A stretch of 64,000 nt of DNA from Tubiluchus corallicola (taxonomy: Eukaryota; Animalia; Priapulida). The position numbers were made by a program, and so were the translations under genes. This document shows, in pieces, positions 57,690 through 64,000 of the stretch. The first letter of the stretch is position 1. Each line of letters opens with the position of its first letter. The stretch is taken from positions 11,971 through 75,970 of the forward strand of contig JAQGDQ010000050.1 of the NCBI GenBank assembly GCA_030141605.1, given 5' to 3'. The notes under the pieces are model-generated. The model saw only the letters and a list, made by a program, of their open reading frames with translations, was not told the DNA's origin and did not search any database.

Positions 57690-60600
57690 AAATATATATA
57701 TAATTATAATTCTGTAAGGCATTTTTATTTTAGTTTATCGGTTATTTTGCATACACTAACAAAGGCTTCAAGTTATTTAGATATTGATAAAAATACATAA
57801 ATATATTTGTTTAGTTACTAATGCAAGTTTTAATACAACTTTATAATGCATATTTTATTAAACATGTCTCACGACAAGCGGTTAACATTGTCACTAGATT
57901 AACTAATTAAGTATCAATGTCGTACAAATTGGGGTGGTTGTTAGGTGACCTCGTCGTCTCTCGCCACCCCGTCTCAATGTAGTGTATATCATCTTAAAGA
58001 AACATTGTATATTATTATATGCGTAATTTTAGATGAGACGAATAGAGTTTAATCGAATCTAATTATCATCTATAAGTATGTGAACACATGGTTATTAAAT
58101 TATTTGATTATTCTGATGTGATCGTTGATTATAAATGGACATGTAGAGTCTACAATTAGACGATAAAATGGTTATAATTTGGAGGCAACAAAACGCAACT
58201 TTATTATACCAAGTTCACATCTTACAGTTCTATTTCTTGCTCTATTTAACTACTGACAGCTGGCAGCACTATACAAAATATGGCCTAGATGGTCTAATAT
58301 TAACTTAAGATACTGGCACTAATAAGAAGATTATTTATGTTGTCTTGTGGACTGTATTTTTTTACTTTAGAGAAAACCTAAAATAATGTGTCACATGACT
58401 CAAATTCATTAACACGACATTTCATTAACATTAACAATGTAAAAAGTGCTGAATGTTTTGTAGACGTTTTGATTATAGATAGATCTAATTGTATTGTAGT
58501 TTTTTAGTATTTCACTCAATCATACAGTAAGCACTTTTGAAAACATTTTTATTGAAATAAGAAATTGATTAAAAAATTAATTACGACAAAAATGCATTGC
58601 CATTCAATGATTTCGCCCAATTTAATTCAAGTGAATATCGTTTCAGATGAAAAGTCACTTTCAGAAGTTCTTATTAAAGCAATGGCCATTACTATTGCCG
58701 TTTTGCTTGTCCTGATTCCATTCCTTGTCTTTGGAATAAGCAGAAAAAAGGAAACGACTGACAGAGGTGAATGTTTAAACAGTATTATCACTTATCCGTA
58801 TATCCAATGATAGAGGTAGATAGATAGATCCATGATCATCTGTAATGCCTATTCTCTACAGGCATTAGTGTGTGTATGGTACAAGAATTTTTTTTATTCC
58901 ACTCATATTCTAAATTTCGTTTAAATTAATTTATGGATTTAGATGCTATAGTCTTGCTGTTTAGACTGTTCCAACTGTTTACTACTCGGTTGCTGAAGGC
59001 TCTGGGTTTGTAGCGTTTATAAGGATTTTCTCGTGTTCATGCTAAATGACAGTATAATTGCCTTAATTAGTGATAGTGTTACAAATATTTGTCTATTACT
59101 GCTACATAAATTCATGCAATTGTTTGATTGATTTCGCATTATGATATGACACAGCGTCGACTATTATTGTTAATAGCACTTTAGAGGCTTGTAGTGCAAA
59201 TTTCTGAGTCTGAAAAAGTCAAATGTCTATGTGGTGTAATGATTAGTATAGCTGCCCGGTATCAGGAGGTCTTGTGTTCGAGTCCTAGTGGAATGAAATT
59301 TTTTCAGACTTTCAAATTTTAGTATTGCTTTCGTGCCTATGTGTGCAATAAACGCTGTAGGTAATTCATTGTTTACTTTATTACTGTTGCTATCAAATGA
59401 GTTTGATGAAAAATCTGTTTGTTTGCATTATCAATTTGATAACGTACTTGAATAATATTATTGTTTACTATTTCAGTACAAATGTGTGAAATGTTAGTAA
59501 TATATTTTCATTACTACTACGCTAATTTGTCTGTTACTTGCGGAAAGGGTGTACATTGTCCTGTATAATTTCAATCTTTTTTTCATACGGCAGCTACTTC
59601 ATTTGGAACAATTTCCAGAAGCCGGACTGTTCCAAGGTCAACAGGTACGATAATTAGCCTTTTCAAAGCTCCAGTGATTGATGATATCGTGGAAATGTGA
59701 AAGATTAAGAATACCAGACAATGTATTTATGTACACTTGACAACTCTTTGCAGTTCAGGCTTTAATAGCTAGCTAGTACATTATCTACTTCATATTTATT
59801 GTTTCCAAGGCAGATCCTGCTAGTAAACTACCCTAAGCACAGACTAATTCATAGTTAAGAAAAAAATTCAAGCAAAACAGGTGGTAAGGGAACTTATGTG
59901 ACAGACGGCTTTTCTGTACCTACATGTCATGTGACAATTGTAGTTACGACAATTGCTTGAGCTCACTAAACCTTTGACCTACATCAGCTACAAGTATGCA
60001 CAACGAAACTGTGAAAAGAAATGGTGCCAGGTAATAAAGTCATAAGGAAAAAGTCACAGGTAGGAAAAAGTCACCGGTAATAAAGTCACAAGAGAAAGTC
60101 AGGTATTAAAGTCACAAAAAAGTCACAGGTAATTAAATTCACAAAAAGTCAGGTATTAAAGTCACAAAAAAGTCACAGGTATTAAAGTCACAAGAAAAAG
60201 TCACATTGAAATGAATCACAGGAATATAGAAATAACCATAATCTTAACCCACGCCAAAATTAATTTACTTTCTTCCTGTGACTTTTCTATCCAAAATTGT
60301 GACTTTTTTCCTGTGACTTTGTTACTGGTCACCCAATTGGTAAAAGTATATACTATCAGTAAGTTAATAACATAGATTAATTCTTAGTAGGAAAAATAGT
60401 AACAATAATAATTCTTAGTAATAAAAATAGTAACAATGATGATTCTTAGTAATAAAAACAGTAACAATAATAATTCTTAGTAATAAAAATAGTAACAATA
60501 ATGATTCTTAGTAATAAAAATAGTAACAATAATGATTTTTAGTAATAAAACTAGCAACAGTAATAATTGTTAATAATAAAAATAGTAACAATAATGATTC

Positions 60601-61897
60601 TTAGTAATAAAAATAGTAACAGTAATGATTCTTAATAATAAAAATAGTAACAATAAGTAAAAACAAATCCCACAGTTAAAATGTATTTAGTTGTTTGCAC
60701 AGTTATAGAAAATGCCCTCGTTTTACGTTCCGAGTAACACTTCTACCATTGGTTATGAATGATTGAATTTAACAAAAAACTTTCCCTTCGTGAGGGGGGC
60801 AATGAGTGTCCCCCTCTGATATCCGGGTAAGCGCTTGTTTAAAGTAAAACAGACACTTACAAAAACAAATGCTTCAGACACTTCGATTAATCAGAACTCT
60901 AAACGCATTTATTAAATCTTACAAAGATACAAAATAACACCAAACTCTGTAAAAAATGAACACAAAAGCGATTTTCTTTCCGTCTGCTAAAAAAGTAGTT
61001 CCCAACTCCTCTGCCTCCTTGCCAAATAGTTCCACATTAACAAAAAAAAAAGAAAATTGTTATTCTCTCGTTGCTGGCGAATACTTAACTGATTCGCGAC
61101 AACAATTCGGATATTCAACTGTCAGATTTTTTACCTGCACTTGTAAGGTATTCTGTTAGTTTTTTATCGACAAACCTTTTGTCTAGATTTACATTGTTAA
61201 GGTACCAATTAATTTCAAGTAGGTCAAAGCATAAAATAATTGTTTAATTTTGCAGCGATGGTTGAACCATTTCACAAAAGCAGCACCAGTGAAAGACAGC
61301 CAGGTATCAGCAGCACTATTGAAAGACAGCCAGGTATCAGCAGCACTATTGAAAGACAGCCAGGTATCAGTAGCAGCCAAATTTTAATTAGCTAAAAAAA
61401 TTAGCTACTTTCTGTACAAAAATACATCGTTGCATCTTACCATGTAGTTTTCAGATATGTTTACTTTGACGTCACAATGTTTATTTTCAGTCAAAATGCT
61501 CTCTTCACCTGAGGAACCTTCGTCTCAAGAGACGGACCCCAGAAGCCAAGCGTGTACCGTACACGAACCAGACAGGAGCATGTGCAGTTATACTATAGAA
61601 GACCGTGCTAGGCACTTGCATACGATAGATGAATCTAATCAGGGTAACTCTACATATACTGTAGATGAACCACAATACACCGGGGAGTCTAACGACAGAA
61701 CTTACAGCTTCATGGCGCCACAAACTATAAGACAAATTTTTGCTATAAGACCAATTGAGGACACACAGACATTGTCACCTTACAGACAGACCGGAGCTGT
61801 AGATGACCAACGGGCATCACCTACCGGCTCCTTATCCAGACAGAGGATGGTACAGGTATCCGACATTGTCACTTCACCTCACAAGGACTCGACTTGA
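54320..61897 (+). CDS. Spliced LRR-LRRCT-Ig-TM receptor-like gene (exons ~54320-54941, 55527-55679, 57301-57612, 58647-58766, 59594-59644, 61491-61897)
   Basis: Signal peptide, LRRs (LTSINAEAFSNMSNLRSLII), GNNFICDC..C..P LRRCT, Ig domain (W..DAGIYTL), TM AMAITIAVLLVLIPFLVFGI, Ser/Thr-rich tail. All GT-AG junctions join in phase 1. Confidence 0.8.
56197..56670 (-). mobile_element. LTR-like repeat related to 13161-13545, intronic
   Basis: The reverse complement shares AGTAAAGAG..., GTTAAGG..TGGTGTCACGTGA and GCACGATATATAAG blocks. Boundaries approximate. Confidence 0.55.
60023..60332. mobile_element. MITE-like element with AAAGTCACA internal repeats
   Basis: Imperfect inverted ends GGTGCCAGGTAATAAAGTCA / TGACTTTGTTACTGGTCACC. 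Confidence 0.65.
60380..60656. repeat. 31-bp AT-rich minisatellite
   Basis: AATAAAAATAGTAACAATAATGATTCTTAGT units. Confidence 0.9.
61278..61372. repeat. 30-bp tandem repeat, 3 copies
   Basis: CAGCACTATTGAAAGACAGCCAGGTATCAG units. Confidence 0.9.
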
Positions 61898-63180
61898 AGA
61901 TCGGAAATGAACTCAGATTTATAATAAGATGAGACTGAGCTTTGAAGATTTATTGCACGATAAATAAATGTAAATATTTTTTTTCAAGTAAACAATGTTA
62001 CCGTATTAGAGCACACTTGAACCATTATACTCATTACTCATGCTTACAGACTTGTTGACATTCTGTTCTGGACTTTGTATAATGAATATGTAATTGAAGG
62101 TTTCACAGTTAACACTATTAATGAAATGTTGTATTCGCTACTAACAACATAATGTACGTACCAATGTAAATAAAACTACCTATTATATTATATGTAATGC
62201 TAGCATTGTGTGTAAATAAAGATGATATATTACAGGAAGCAGTGCTCGTGATGCAATTCACTGTTTAGGTCAACTGGCACATCCAGTCACAGTATCATAA
62301 AAAGAAAAACTCTTATCAAAAGTTTTAGGATAGAAAACGTTAATAACATATTACAAGTTTCATCTGGTCATCTTCAGTGAGCGATTATTATATAAATACA
62401 AGCAAACGAAAAACTGTGTATAAGAGATGTAGAATTAGTGCACACAAATTGGATATTGAGAGAGGGTGGTATCATAAACCAAAAATACCTGCTCACCAAA
62501 AGTGAAGACGTGATATTCAGACATGTATTAATATTTTGTGCAAAAGACCACAACTTGCAGAGCTATACTACTAGTTTTGCACCATATTAACAATGGAATG
62601 ATTGTAAATTACAGAACTTACTACTGTTCTTTTGCACTCCATTGACTGACCTTACCTGCCAGATTACTTACTTAATTCTTCGAATGCACTTGGAAAAAGA
62701 AATAATTTTAAGTTTTCATGTTTAAATTTAAGAAAACCAGTGATATAAGTTTGGAAAGGTTGTATCAGTTCAAGAGCTCTGTCCCTATACATGTTTCAGA
62801 ATTTTATTAACAATGGAACGATCGCAAACTACAGAGCTTACTACTGTCCTTTTGCACTCCATTCAGAGACCTTCCCTGCCAGGGTACAGATACGCTGCAG
62901 TAAAAAGAAATTCACCAATTGACCCAGTGAAGTTAAAATCGTATCTTGTTTTCATCTATTTATAGTGAAATTTCAAGTGGCAACAGCAATTTTCAAATTT
63001 TTTTTAAACTCTGTAAATATGAAACTCCCAACATTTCAAAAAATGCATCCTTAGACATTTGTCTTCAGTTACATTTGCTATATTTCTTTAAAACACACAG
63101 ATTTTAAAAGTATATGAAGTTCTACTAATAGAATATCGCCAAAACTTATCTGAAATGGCCCAGTTTTCGATGTGGTTTTA

Positions 63181-63400
63181 TCAAGATTTCTTTATCTTGC
63201 TACGTTTAATTAGTTTGCACAAAGCTCCTTTATGAGTCTTCAAATGCAAATGTAAACCATCGCTTCTAGTAAAAGCAGAATCACATTTTGGATAATCACA
63301 TTTATATGGCTTTTCTTTTGTGTGAACACTTCTTCGATGACGTGTTAAGTGACCTGCGTGAGCAAAAGCAGTATCACAGTCTTTGCACTTATGACTGGGA
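63181..63400 (-). CDS. C-terminal part of a C2H2 zinc-finger gene (2 fingers), 5' part not visible
   Basis: CKDCDTAFAHAGHLTRHRRSVH-TKEKPY-KCDYPKCDSAFTRSDGLHLHLKTH. Confidence 0.7.
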
Positions 63401-64000
63401 CTGTATATTATCAATAATGTCGTTTATATAGACAATAAACAAGAATGGGCCTAGGACAAAGCCCAAAGTGTAATCAGGACTAGGACTGTGACTCTATATT
63501 ATGAATAATGTCGTTTATATAGACAATAAGCAAGAATGGGCCTAGGACAAAGCCCAAAGTGTAATCAGGACTAGGACTGTGACTCTGTATTATGAATAAT
63601 GTCGTTTATATAGACAATAAGCAAGAATGGGCCTAGGACAAAGCCCAAAGTGTAATCAGGACTAGGACTGTGACTCTGTATTATGAATAATGTCGTTTAT
63701 ATAGACAATAAGCAAGAATGGGCCTAGGATAAAACCAACAGTGATATCAGGACCAGGACTGTGACTCTATATTATGAATAATGTCGTTTATATAGACAAT
63801 AAGCAAGAATGGGCCTAGGATAAAACCAACAGTGGTATCAGGACCAGGACTGTGACTCTGTATTATGAATAATGTCGTTTATATAGACAATAAGCAAGAA
63901 TGGGCCTAGGATAAAACCAACAGTGATATCAGGACCAGGACTGTGACTCTGTATTATGAATAATGTCGTTTATATAGACAATAAACAAGAATGGGCCTAG
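63400..64000. repeat. 91-bp tandem satellite running off the window end
   Basis: GACTGTG recurs at 63484, 63575 and onward. Two unit subtypes. Confidence 0.95.

Noticed and set aside
60380-64000. Tandem repeats as CRISPR-like arrays
   Set aside because: Units are head-to-tail with no unique spacers, there are no cas genes, and the context is eukaryotic.

Overview
AT-rich animal (invertebrate-like) genomic DNA with spliceosomal introns. The left ~41 kb is a dense nest of retroelements and endogenous viral elements (EVEs). The right ~23 kb is ordinary host sequence: a 19-finger C2H2 gene, a spliced LRR-Ig-TM receptor gene, MITEs, LINE debris and satellites. The main signal is two Bel/Pao LTR elements physically joined to cDNA of several unrelated non-retroviral RNA viruses. 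These are a pesti/large-genome-flavi-like NS5B RdRp, an apparently end-to-end phenuivirus-like S segment (intact N, both ACACAAAG-type termini) plus a second partial copy, a mononegavirus-like N, a paramyxo-like class I fusion glycoprotein and possibly an L-protein N-terminus. The junctions show microhomologies, stutters, in-frame duplications and entry/exit at exact viral RNA ends, as expected from retrotransposon RT template switching. All recognisable viral ORFs lie on the + strand. My inference is a retrotransposon-written, multi-virus archive, possibly a piRNA-cluster-like antiviral memory locus. Family assignments come from motif recognition only; no database search was run.
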